Positions 48,032 through 59,808 are shown, counted from the first letter of the stretch. The stretch is 64,000 nucleotides of DNA from Cyanophora paradoxa CCMP329 (GCA_004431415.1 QPMI01000411.1:62001-126000), one strand, 5' to 3'. Translations and numbers: made by a program. The notes: generated from the sequence alone by a model not told the origin.

Positions 48032-49670
48032 CCGGCGTGCGCGCCGCGCCCCAATCGCCCCGCCGAGCGTTTTCCATCTATTATACATAACTAGTCCACG
48101 TCGGGCGCCCTCCGCGTGTCTAGTTTGAGTTTGGTGTGGTGCCGACTTTGAAATCGATGTCGTCTCTTCATGATCATGTTCATGTGCATGATCAGTTGTT
48201 TGTATACGTAGGTTGTGCCTATAGCTAGCTAGTTATGGTTTGTGCTTGCGCGCTGCGCACTGCGCATGCTGGGCTTTTGTTTTGCGTTGTGGCCGGGGTT
48301 CTTATACGTATATAGACGTATACGTATACGTTTCCTTAGTTAAAACGTTGTATGATTCTTCAAAAATTAGGCCTTGTGTGTTAACTTTTATTTAAATAGT
48401 TAGTTCAACGCGTACGGTTTGCCCGACCGATCGCGAGGCGTCCCGAGCTCGAGTCCCCTGTCGGACCAGTATACGTAGATATCGATACGAAGTTAGAGAA
48501 GCAGCTGATCATAAGCCCGTGCAAGTGCCTGAGTGCAAGTGCCCCGTGCATAAGCCCGTGTACTGTACTTCGAATTCGGTAGCTGTAGCCTGTACGTAGC
48601 CTAGCTCTATATATGTAGGGCCGTGTCCGACGGTCCTCGTTGATGAACGCCTTAAGCTTGTTGGCGACTTCGAAGCCCAGCGTTATTGATTTCGATTTGG
48701 ATTTCGATTTATATTTCGATTTGGTTGACCCCGGCCCCCGGGCCCCTTGATTCAGTTAGCCTTGAAATTTCGAAGCCGCACTGCGGCAGGGCCTTCAGCT
48801 TGCTCAGCACAGCCTAGTATACGTAACTATAGCCTTAGAGCACAGTACTAGTGATCATCGGATAGCAGTGAACTTCGGAATCGAACTTCGGAATTCGAGA
48901 GAAAGCTGCCAGCTGCATGCCACACCCGAGGGCCCGCGGCCCCTCCGGATCCTACTCCGCCTACAAGTACGTATACCGAGGCCGCCCGCGGCCCCAAGAT
49001 GTAGTCTCGCCACCACCCCTTCCCCTCCCCTCCTCTTCCCCGCCCCGCCCCTGCCCGGTCCCCCCCCCGCGGCTTCCTCCCTCCCAGAGTAATAGTCTAA
49101 CATCTGTATAGTTTTGCAGTCACATCTGCAGCTGCGCATGCTAATCTTGAAAAGAATTCGAATTCGGAAGGCAAGAAGATTAAGCGCGATCTACTAGGCT
49201 ATGACGTGTAGTGCTACACATGAAAAGCACAGCCCGACCTGCTCTACATCTACTCTATCTATCTAGCCGCAAGTGAAACCGAGCCCTAAATAGACGTATA
49301 TGTATGCATATACAGAAAGAATCAAGAACTTGCAATCTACTCCCGACAGCTATGGCTATCTTTACATTACGGGAGCGTTCAAAACAACGCCGCTAGAGCT
49401 CTCCTCCCAGAGCGCGAGTGCTGTTGAAACTGCCGATCTCTGCTAGAATTTCGAAGTCGAAGCGCTGCGGGGAGCATCCGCCGCGCGCAAACGCGATGGA
49501 GCTAACCATCGAAATCACTGTTAGGGAGCTTTGAGTCTGAGGAGAAGGGGGCGAAGGAAGGGGGTGCGGGGAGTTCGAGCGGACTGGGCGCGGTCGCTTG
49601 AAAGATATCTATAGAAAAAGAGACTGCCCCGAGAGCGGGTGCTGTCGTCTGCAATCGCAAAGCGCGACGG

Positions 49671-52268
49671 CTATGCGGCGGCGACCTGGTGCGCCGCGGT
49701 GGCGCGGGCGGCGGCGTCGGCGGGGGCGTCGGGCGGGGCGGGGCCGTGGGCCGAGGCGGCCTCGGCGGCGAGGGCGGCGGCGTTGTGGTTCACGAAGGCC
49801 GGCAGCGTCGCCGACTTGTGGAGGCTGTGCCCGTGCACCTGCGCGTGCGCCTCGGCGGCCGCCGGCTCCTTGTCGAGGGTCTTGCCCTGCTTGGCGAGCC
49901 AGGCCTTGACCCACTCGGTCGTGATGCTCTTCGGGCGCTCCAGCGGCATCGCCATCGCCTGGTCCCACACCAGCTGCGCCCCCGCGTCAGGGGGCGCCCC
50001 GGGCGGCGGGGCGGGGCGGGGCGGGGCGGGCCTGGGCGAGGGTGCCGATGGCGCGGGAGACGCCGAAGAGGACCGTGTAGAAGTTCTGGTGCACGAACCC
50101 GTAGTGCACCAGCAGCACCCCGCCTGCCGCCCCCCGCCTCAGCAGCGCGCCCCTGCCGGCGGGCGGGGTGGGGCGGGGCGCACTGTGGGCGTCGACGTTG
50201 GGCCACGGGTTGCGGACCTTGCCCTGCTCCATCAGCACCTTCGGCACCACCTGCCCCGACCGGCCGCGGTGAGGCGGAGAGGAGCGGGGCAGAGCCGAGC
50301 CCCGGGCCGCGTGCGCACCTCGTACATGGTGGAGACGAGCTTGAAGAGGGGGTCCTCGGGGAGGTGCTTCAACGCGAACTCGCGCTGGCACTTGTAGCGG
50401 GGGTCCGTGTTGCGGAGGACGGCGTGGCCGTAGCCCGGGATGACGCGCCCCTTGTTCAAATGCTCCCACACCATCTTCGTCAGCACCTCCACGGTCGGCT
50501 CCTGCGCGCGCCCCGGCCCCGTGAGGCCTCCCGCCGGCGGCGGCGCGCGAGGTGCCGCAGCGCACGGCGCCGTTGAGCTCGGCCTGGATCTTGTTCAGGT
50601 GCGTGAGGACCTCCTGGTTCGCCAGGCCGTGCAGGGGCCCCGCCAGGCCGCTGCGAGGGGGGCCCCGGCTCAGGCGGCGGAGGGCCGGGGAGCGGGGTGC
50701 GGGGGCCCACTTCATGCCCGCCGACACGCAGAGGAACGCGTCCGAGAGCGCCGACCCGACCCTGCGGCACCCCGGTCGGGGGGGGGGGGGGGGGGGGGGG
50801 GGGAAGCGGGGAAGGGGTACAGCGCGCACAGGTGGACGGTGTGGGCGCTGACGTTGCCGCCCTCGTGGTCCGCGTGGAGCACCTGCGACCGCGACTGAGC
50901 GCGGGGCTCCTGAAGGGGGGAGGGGGATTAGAAAGGGGGGGTACCAGGTAGAGCCTCATGAGCTCGTAGAACTCGGGGTCGTCAAAGCCGAGCATGTGGG
51001 CGAAGTTCGCCGCCCTGGGGGCGCCGTCAGAGGCGCCGGTCGGGCGCGGCGGAGAAGCGCCGGCGCGCACCAGTCGAGGGTCGGGTCCGGGGGGATGATG
51101 ACGCCGCCGCAGTACTGGTGCCGGTAGATGTGCGCCGCCACCTGCGGGGCGCGTCAGCTTGTTCCTCTTCCCTGAGAAGCATCCCATGCCAGGGCTAGCC
51201 TGCGTTATCTGGCCGAGGAGGGTCATGGCGTCCTCGAAGGTGGCGGCCCAGTACTCGGTCTTCTTCATGCCGGCCTGCGCGGAGAAGCCGCCTCAGAAAG
51301 GAAGCGGGGGCGCGGGAAGAGGAAGCTGGAAGCACCTGGTACTTGCGGGCGAAGAGGGACTGGGGCTGGAGGCCCATGAGGCCCATGGAGAGCTTGGTCA
51401 TCGGGTGCATCTCGTGCGGCAGGCTCGCCAGCAGCGACACCACCGACTCCGGCAGCTTCGACCGCGCGTGCCACTCCGCCGTGATCTGACGCCACGATGA
51501 GGCGGCGCGAGTGGGGAAGAGGCGGCGGCGGCGCGCGCACGGAGGCGGTCTGCTCTGGCGTCGGGATCTCGCCGGTCAGCAGGAACCACCAGAGCGCCTC
51601 GGGCAGAGGCTGCGGAACGTCTCTTAACTTAGAGAGACGCTCAAAAAGCGGCGCGGGCGTGGACGGACCTCTTCGCCGCCCGCGGCCTTTGGGAGCGCCT
51701 TTTGGACTTCCGGGATCGAGAGCCCCCGGAAGCGGATGCCCTGCCGGAAGTGAGGACGGCACGTCAGGTGCATGCGCTGCGCGCATGGAATGGGCGCGCA
51801 CCTCCTCAGCGTCCAGCAGGCTGCCCTCCCATATCATGCATTTGATCGCGCGCGCTCCCCCGTAGATCTGCGGAGCGGTGAGGTGGGCGTCGCGTACGTG
51901 ACGCGCAAGCATCGGCGCGCACCTGCTCTAATGTGACCTTGTCCACGACTTCGTCGCCAAACCTTGTTTTAATCTGCTTGACCTCCTCAAGTTTCCCGGG
52001 AACGAGCTGGCGCATACGCGCAAGCAGCTCCTGAGGACGGGTCAGGGCTGTTATTTGCATCAAGTAAAAATGCGCTTGCCGACTCCTTGGGGGGCGGGGC
52101 GGCTGGTGCTCCAAATCCGTAGCGGGTAGGGCAAGGAATGAGCTGCCACGGGGCTCAGCGGAGATCCCCGGCAAAGACATAAGATTGAACGGGCATGTCT
52201 TTGCTGACCTTTGGTGCTGCCGGCTCCATCACAGTCGCGGGTGCGACGTGAGCTACCGCGAGTGACAT
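49671..52268 (-). CDS. CS: Citrate synthase, eukaryotic type I (17 exons)
   Basis: [79 protein letters not shown]; catalytic His/His/Asp intact. The first two exons are less certain. Confidence 0.95.
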
Positions 52269-53450
52269 TTTGGCACTAGCGCTTGCGCCACTGTTGGACT
52301 GTGCTTTGGCTTGGAAGAAGCGTATGCTGCCGGAGACGCCACAGACCGATTGCGTGTGTGCTGCCTTCTCCCAAGGTCGTCCTCCAAAACAAAAACCGCG
52401 TCAAGGCACTTGCCCCCGTCCCTAACTCCTGTACCCTTCCATGTGCAGGGTCCAAGAGCCAAGTGCTCCGATCGGCGAGGATATCGATGGCCTCAGCAGC
52501 GTCGACAGCAGCGCCCCCATTGCCGGTGGTCAGTAACCGCCGATGCGCAAGTCAGCGGTTAGTAACCGTTGAACCGCCGATGTGACGTCGACGCATGCAT
52601 GAGCAGCGCGTCACAGGCCCGATCGCGAGGCTCACGGAACCAATTATGGTGTTTCAAGAACCGCTATAGATCATACTCTGATTCGCGCAGCTTCATGCCA
52701 CGCGCGCGGTCGCTGCCAGGCTGGATCGATATCGTGGCCATGCATATGGATCGGATATCGATCGATACGCGCGATATATATCCGGCGCGGCGCGCGCGGA
52801 GGCTGGAAGCTGCTGATCATGAGTGAGTGCGGAGTCACTGCGGACACAAAGGTCAGGATCGGACCTGTTCCATGTCCAACGGCATGCGTCGGCATCGACG
52901 AGAACGTTGTGAGCGCTAGCGCCGCCCTGCAGCAGCTGCGCATGCTCTAGGCGAGATCATAAACGCGCGTGGCCTGCAGCTGAAGCACATGCATGCACTG
53001 CTGCACGCGCAGGCAAAGTCCGGCGCCGCCCCCATCGATTCGAGATCCGGCGCCGGCATCGCCCGGCATTCTTAAATTGCCCGCAAGCGCACATCCGCCT
53101 TTAGCTTTAGCCTCGGCCTGCGCATGCGCCCCTCGCCCCGCACCCCGCGCCCCGGCCCCGGCCCCGACCCGCCCGGCCCACTGGTATACTATGATATACG
53201 TTCTACAGCTGGCCCATCCCTCATCCCCGAGGTCCGAGAGGATTGTATAGCGTGTTTCACGTCTCGGCCCGTGTACAGCGCCCCGCGCGCGCTGGCGCCT
53301 CGCACCCCGGCCTGCCCCGAATTGATGTCTAATCGTATTGTATTTGGGTTCTACTTCGACTTGAAATGCTGGCGGGATCGAGGTCTGTACAGCTTAAAAT
53401 GGGGCGGAGCTACCTGAAATCTGCAGCGGGCAGCTGGAGCTCGGCTATAG

Positions 53451-54464
53451 CTAGGCGGGGGCGCCGGCGCCGAGGAGGGGCCGGAGGGCGGCGAGGGCGT
53501 CGGCGAGGACGTCCTGGCGGCTGCGGGAGGCGTCCACGCGGGAGAGCAGCTCGAGCGCCGCGTACCGCTCGATCACCGGCAGCGACTCCGCCTCGAACAC
53601 CTCGAACCGCCGCCGCATCGTCTCCAGCTTGTCTGCGCGGGGGCTCGGCACGGCCTTTCACGGGGGGAGCGGATGGGGGCCCCGCGCACCGTCCGAGCGG
53701 CCCGAGGTCTCGGCCCGCAGCAGGAGCCGCCTCTGCAGCACCTCGAGCGGGGCGTCGAGGAAGAGGACGCGCGTCGGGAGCCCCGCGACGTCCTCGAAGG
53801 ACCGCGCGTCGAACAGGCGCCTCGGGAAGCCGTCGATGAGGTACGAGCCCTTCCCGCTGTTCTCCCGCATCGCCCGCGAGAGCGCCCCGATCGTCACCTG
53901 CTCACGCCGCGCGCCTCAGCGACCCGCCGAGCGCGCAGCCGAGAATCCGAAAGGTACGAGCCTCTGCAGGCACAATCTCGCCCCGTTCCATCAAGGATCT
54001 GCACGGGCGAGGGCATCAGCGATTGCAGTGCGGAGGGCGCGCGACCGCTCAGCGCAGGTCCAAGGCCGCCCGCACCGGATCGAGCGCCCCACGTCTGTGT
54101 CGGATTTCGCCTCCTCGCGCAGCAGCTCGCCCGCGCTCAAGTGGCAGGCGCCAAGCTGCAGGGCCAGCTGTGCGCACAGTGTGCCTGCAGAGCGCCGGAG
54201 TCGGCGCGCCGGCGGGATCGCAGTGGATCAAGCACCTTTGCCGCTTCCTGGTCCGCCGAGCACGAACACTCGGTTTGGCTTGCTGTCTGGCTGCTCGGTT
54301 TGAATTGCCTTCGGCGGCCCTTCCTCGTCGCTCTGCTGACGCCAAAGGCAACGCGCTACGCACAGATCGCGCGGCCCACGCAGATGCTTTTGCACAGATG
54401 CCCAAGGCAGCGCCCTTGCTGTCCGGAAAGCGCCGGGCGGCGCGAACGCCGGCCGCGCCGGCAT
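53451..54464 (-). CDS. UMP-CMP kinase / short-form adenylate kinase with an N-terminal extension
   Basis: VFVLGGPGSGKGT, HLSAGELLREE, GEIVPAEVT, YLIDGFPR, RAETSGRSDD..TMRRRF. Leader MPARPAFAPPGAFRTAR. Confidence 0.9.
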
Positions 54465-54736
54465 CCGATCTCCAGCTGCTGTTGCCGGATAATCCCGCGC
54501 TTGTCTAGCTATGCACAGCACGCTTGTCTAGCACGGCCGGGCCACGCGGCGGGATCTGGGCGGGAAGGATCAGAGGCTTACAATTGGGGTCTACCCCCTC
54601 ACAGCTTAAAAGTTAAAACCACTGGCGCCGGCATCCAGCCGCAGTTGCAGCACGCGCTGCCGCGTGGATCGGATGTAGCTAAGCCAGCGCTGTTTCCTAC
54701 TCGGCCAGACGGCCCCGGCCTCCACACGAGACAGCG
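54465..54736. promoter_or_regulatory. Putative bidirectional promoter (NMP kinase / NRT2-like)
   Basis: 272 bp between inferred divergent ATGs. Confidence 0.5.
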
Positions 54737-57700
54737 ATGGCGCCGCCGAGCAAAGAACACCGCGAGAGCCTCGTCCCTGCGAGCCTGCCGTCTTCCTCAG
54801 AGAATCCAGACAAACCACATGACAGCGTCGGCGGCCTGCGATTCGACAGCGACGGTGCGCATTCGTTTTCATATGCGATCGCTCGTCGCTGGCCTCTGCA
54901 GCGCTTCGGTGGCCGGGCGCTGAAGCGCTTGCTTTCTTTGGACTAAACTCAGACTGACCGTTCGCGCTGCTTCCAGGTCGCAGCCTCGAGGTGCGGTTCT
55001 TTAGCTTGCAAGGCCCGCACCACAGGACGTTTCACGTTTCGTGGACGGTGCGCGGCGCAGCAGTGCTCCCCCTCCTACGCCCCTGCGCATGCGCTCACCG
55101 TTTTCGCGCGGGCCCGGCCCCGGCGTCACTCGCACGCGCAGGCCTTCTTCGTCGCTATGGTCCGGGACCGCGCGCTTCGATTCGCCGCAGGCCGTGGCGC
55201 AGCGCTCGCCCTGACTCTCAGCAGATCGCCATCTTCGGCTCGGCGCCGCTGCTGGAGACGATCAAGGACCCGGAGATGGGCATCGGCCTGGACGAGGTCT
55301 CGGTGCGCGCGCGCCCGCTCTCTGGCCTGCCGCGGGCCTCTGAAGCGGAGGGAAGATCGGCACGGCGCACGCCGCGTCCATGGCCGCGTTTCCCTACCGG
55401 TGCGGCCGCTTGCGCGTCAGGCACACACACACACACGGCGTGCGGCGCCCCCCGACCTCCCCCGCCTCACTGCACCTCGCCGCCCCCGCCCCCGCCGCCG
55501 CCGCCCGCGCACAGCTTCATGATGGGGTCGCTGTGCGACCGCTTCGGGCCGCGGCGGACGGTGGCGGCGACGCTGCTGGCGGTGTCGGTGCCGACGGCGC
55601 TGCTCGCGCTCTGCACGGACGCCGCCTCCTTCATCTGCTGCCGCTTCTTCTGCGGCCTCCTCTGGTCCGTCGCCGTCGGCTGCCAGGTCCCGTCCCCGCG
55701 CCCTCTCTCTCTCTCTCTCTTTTCGGGAGCCGCCCCCACCCCCGCCCCCGCCCCGCCCCCGACGAGCCTGCGGGGCGCAGGTCCAGATGTCCGCCATGTT
55801 CGCCCCCTCGGTGGTCCGCCTTGCGCCCCGTCCCGCGCCCTCCAGGAGGGGCCCGAAGACGTGCGCGGCGCAGATCGGTTCGGCGAACGGTTTGTGCTTG
55901 GGCATCGGGTCGGCCGGAGTGGGCGTAGCCCTGCTGTTAATGCCTCAGCTCCATCATCTCCTCAAGTTCTTCTTCCCCGCCCAGGCCCGCTCCCTCAACC
56001 CCCCGCCCCGCTCCGCGCCGAGGGGAGCGGGGCGGGGGCGCAGGTGGCGTGGCGGGTGGCGCTGCTCTTCCCCGCCCTCCTCCTCTTCCTCTCCGCCTTC
56101 GCCACCTTCACCCTCAGCCAGGACTCCCCCTCCGGCAACCTCGCTGTGCCCCCCCCCCCCCCCCCCCCCCCCCTCCCTCGCCCACTCCGTCCCTCCCTCC
56201 CTCGACGTCGGCCCTTAGGCGCGGCCGCGCGCAGGCGGGGAGGAGAGGGGCGGACCTCTCTGCCGTGCTGGCCAACCTGCGCGCCGCCGCCACCGACCTC
56301 CGCACCGTGCGCCCCACGGCCCCCCCTCCTGTGGGCCGGGCGCCGGGCGAGGCGCCCCCCCCAGTGGACGATGCACGTGGTGTGCGCGCTGTGCCTCGGG
56401 GTCGGCTGGGTCGTCTCCAACGTCATCGTCCGCTTCTACGAGATACACTTCCGGTCCGCCCGCCGCCCGCCCCGCCCCGCCCCGCCCCGCCACGCCCCGC
56501 CCCTCGCCTCGCCTCCCCGCCCGAGCGACTCTCTCCCCCGCAGCCTCGACAACCGCTCGGCGGGGCTCGTCGGGTGCGCCGGCCGCCCCCGCCCCCGTTC
56601 CTCCCTCCCGCCCGCCCGCCCGCCCCCCCGCGCTGAGAGCGGGCGGCAGGGCCCTGTTCGGGCTCAACAACGCCGTGCGCGCGTGCCTGGCGTCTCCCGG
56701 GCGGGCCCCGCGCCCTCCCTCAGCCCGCCCGCCCCCCCCCTCCCCCCCGGCAGTACGCGCGGGTGTTCGGGGGCGTCCTCTCCGACCGCGTCGCCCGCTC
56801 CCACGGCCACCTCGGCCGGTCCCCTCCCCCCCCGCCCCCCCTCGCCCCCCCGTCGCTTTCTGAGTACCCCCAGGACGCGGCTCTTCTTCCTGTTCCTCGT
56901 CCTCGAGGCCCTCTCCATGGCCGCCTTCTCCCGCGCCCCCTCGTGCGCCCGTACCCCCCTTTACTCCCCTCCCCTCTCCGGGCCCCGGCCGAGCCTCGCG
57001 CCAGGCTGCCCGTCTCCGCCCTCCTCTTCTGGCTCCTCGCCTGCTTCGTGCAGATCTGCGAGGGATTCGCCTTCTCCGTGCGCCGTACCCCCCGGCTGGG
57101 CAGCGGGCAGGCCTCCGGCCTCACCGTGCCCCCCCGCAGGTCATCCCCCTCCTCAACCCGCAGCTGGTCGGCTCCGTCGCGTCCCTCGCCGGCGCCGGCG
57201 CCAACGTCGGCGCGCCCCGCTCGTCCGCTGAAACGCCGCACCCCCCTGACGCCGCGCCCCCCCAGGGGCCTTCTTCTTCTCGTTCCTCTTCGCGTCGCCC
57301 GTGGGGCAGCCGCACGCCTTCCTCATCCTCGCCGCCATCGTCGCCGTGCGCTGTCTCCGGGGGAGCGGGGCACGCCCTTCTCCACCGAGCGCCGAGCGGC
57401 CCCGCGCAGGTGCTCGCCCCGCTGGTGCTCACGGTCCGGGTGGCGGCCCCCGCGGCGCCCCCGCCGCTGCCGCCCGAGCCGGCCGCCGCCGCCCCGGGAC
57501 GCCGGCGCCGGCAGCGCCGACGTGGCGGGCGGAGGGCGGCCCCGGAGGCTCGGCCCGGCGCTGGGCGTCGTGCGCGCCTCCTCGATGGGGCGGCGGGGCG
57601 GAGCCCCGCGGTGGCGCGGCCGCGGCGGACGGCCGGCCTCGGGGGGAGGAGGAGGGGAGGGGAGCGGGAGGGGCGGGACGGGCGCCCGCGCCATCGTCTC

Positions 57701-58054
57701 CGAGCGCTCCCTCGGCTCCCTGCGCCTCCCCACCTCCCCCGCCGCCCCCGGCCCCACGCCGCCTCCGCCTCCGTCCTCGCCCACCTGCCCCCGATCCGCC
57801 TCCCCTCCTCCCCCCCTCCCGGACCCGGGGGAGCCGCCCCCGCGCGCCCCGCCCCCGCCCCGGCCGTCGCCATGCGCCTCGGCTTCGAGGAGGAGGAGGA
57901 GGGGGAGGAGGGGTGGGACGGGGGCGGGGCGGAGGAGCCGAAGGCCGCCCCGCCCTCTGAACGACGGGGCGGCCGCGCGCCGGGCCCGCTGCCGCCCCGC
58001 CCCCTCAACGACGGGCCGGAGCCCCACATCATCAGTCTCTCCACGGAGAGGTGA
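54737..58054 (+). CDS. Divergent NRT2/NarK-family (NNP) MFS transporter
   Basis: FSLQGPHHRTFHVSW, MGSLCDRFGPR, CQVQMSAMF, AWRVALLFP, QDSPSGN, FGLNNAYARVFGGVLSD and LAGAGANVG. The long low-complexity tail makes the 3' end approximate. Confidence 0.85.
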
Positions 58055-58510
58055 CCGGTCGCGACGCAGATCGACCTTTCTGTACATGCTCTATTGACAA
58101 TCGACCCCTCTGTCAATATATCCCGATTATCCCGTCCTCCGTTCTTGGGGTGACGGACTGAAGAAGTGGCTATGTGTACCTGGCGCCTCAGAGCCTGCTC
58201 CGAGGCTCGATGCCGTGCATATGATGCACATTGACTCTGTGACTCTCGAGATCCAGCAGGCCTGAGCACATAGCTCAGCGGCTATAGCTTCAGCGAGGCT
58301 GTAAAGCTAGTCGACGTCATAGTGCTGCTAGCCTAGTAGGCTAGGCTATATTTGGCGCCCACGAGATGATCGCAGGACCAGATAGCAACGGCTGCGGGGG
58401 TACAGGACCAGAGGACAAGGCTAAATAAGAGTGCAGAGGCCGAGGCCCTGGCAGCTGAAGGGCTAGCGACGACGCGACGGAAAGTACACGGCACTATTCA
58501 TGACCAGTTG

Positions 58511-58957
58511 CTTGTTCGCGTTCGATTATTGGAGTGCTTGTGATAGTACAGTCACAGGCTTAAGTTTAGCCGCAAGCTTAAGGCAAAGGGGGATGAGTCT
58601 GGCAGTACTAGCCAGGGCTAGCTGAGGTGACTTGGCCCCCGAAATACACCAGCATACTTGTTCGCGTTCGATTATTGGAGTGCTTGTGATAGTACAGTCA
58701 CAGGCTTAAGTTTAGCCGCAAGCTTAAGGCAAAGGGGGATGAGTCTGGCAGTACTAGCCAGGGCTAGCTGAGGTGACTTGGCCCCCGAAATACACCAGCA
58801 TACTTGTTCGCGTTCGATTATTGGAGTGCTTAAGCTTGTGATAGTACAGTCACAGGCTTAAGTTTAGCCGCAAGCTTAAGGCAAAGGGGGATGAGTCTGG
58901 CAGTACTAGCCAGGGCTAGCTGAGGTGACTTGGCCCCCGAAATACACCAGCATACTT
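58511..58957. repeat. 146-bp tandem repeat, 3 near-identical copies
   Basis: Unit starts at 58511, 58657 and 58803. The third copy has a 6-nt insertion creating aagctt; an A7 run follows the array. Confidence 0.95.
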
Positions 58958-59121
58958 TCAAAAAAACCGCCCTCCTGATCGTGCCTCCAGCTGCATGTCG
59001 CGGGCTGATCTCCCGATGAGTACCGGCGGGAGTTGGGCAGGTCACCGGGTTCCTCCGGGAGACCTTTCCCGCCGGCCGTAACAAATTAACGTCGAGTTCT
59101 CCTCGGGATTCGCGACCAGGG

Positions 59122-59122
<1 letters not shown>

Positions 59123-59160
<38 letters not shown>
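59123..59160. repeat. Poly-G tract
   Basis: About 38 consecutive G. Confidence 0.9.
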
Positions 59161-59162
<2 letters not shown>

Positions 59163-59636
59163 GACCAGCAGCCAGCGCCGCCCGACAATTGCAACAGCGA
59201 GCGGGACTAGGGATCTCCTCTGAGCTCGAGGCTTGCCCCTCCCCTTCCCCGCGTCCCCCGGGCCCGTCTCTATTCGCCAGGCGGATTGATATGAGCTTCG
59301 CATTTTGGTTTAAAATGTTCCAAAATTAAAAAAGTTCGAGTCCGAAGTGTAACAAGAATCAGTTAGAGCTCGGGAGGGGCAGGGGCAGGAGGGAGGAGGA
59401 AGAGGGGAGCTAGAAAGCAAGGAGGGGGGGGGGGCGGGGGAACACGAAAAGGGGCGCGGGGCTTCATACAGGAGAGCTAGAGGGGCGGCAGTCTCCTTCA
59501 TCATACAAACCAAGGGACGGACCCGGACCTGCGGCGCCCTCACCACAGACCGCCGTGCACCTGAATCTGCAGCGAGGCACACGTGTCTGGGAACCGTGCA
59601 GCTGCATGCGCAGACCCGTGCATGCGGAACCAGCTG

Positions 59637-59808
59637 CAGAGAGCCGTATGGAGCCAGAGAGCCGTGCAGAGCCAGAGAGCCGTGCGGATCCGGAGACAGA
59701 GAGCCGTGCGGGACCAGAGCGCCGTGCGGATTCGGAGACAGAGAGCCGTGCGAAGCCAGAGCCGTGCGGAGCCAGTGCCGTGCGGAGCCTGAGCCGTGCG
59801 GAACCAGG
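59637..59808. repeat. Variable-unit minisatellite (core gagccgtgcgg, about 10 copies, 16-24 bp units)
   Basis: The core recurs with spacers such as gccaga, tccggagacaga and gcct. Confidence 0.85.

Noticed and set aside
23249-58054. A nitrate-sensing gene cluster (P-box-like receptor, GAF protein, NRT2)
   Set aside because: The genes are separated by unrelated housekeeping loci, and no nitrate or nitrite reductase is present. Proximity alone is weak evidence in a eukaryote, so they are kept as separate hypotheses.
58735-58800. SECIS-like ATGA...GA in the 146-bp unit
   Set aside because: No apical AA at the right spacing, and no upstream gene with an in-frame UGA.
58511-59808. CRISPR-like appearance of the repeat arrays
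   Set aside because: Units are contiguous or have related spacers, there are no unique spacers or cas genes, and the context is eukaryotic.
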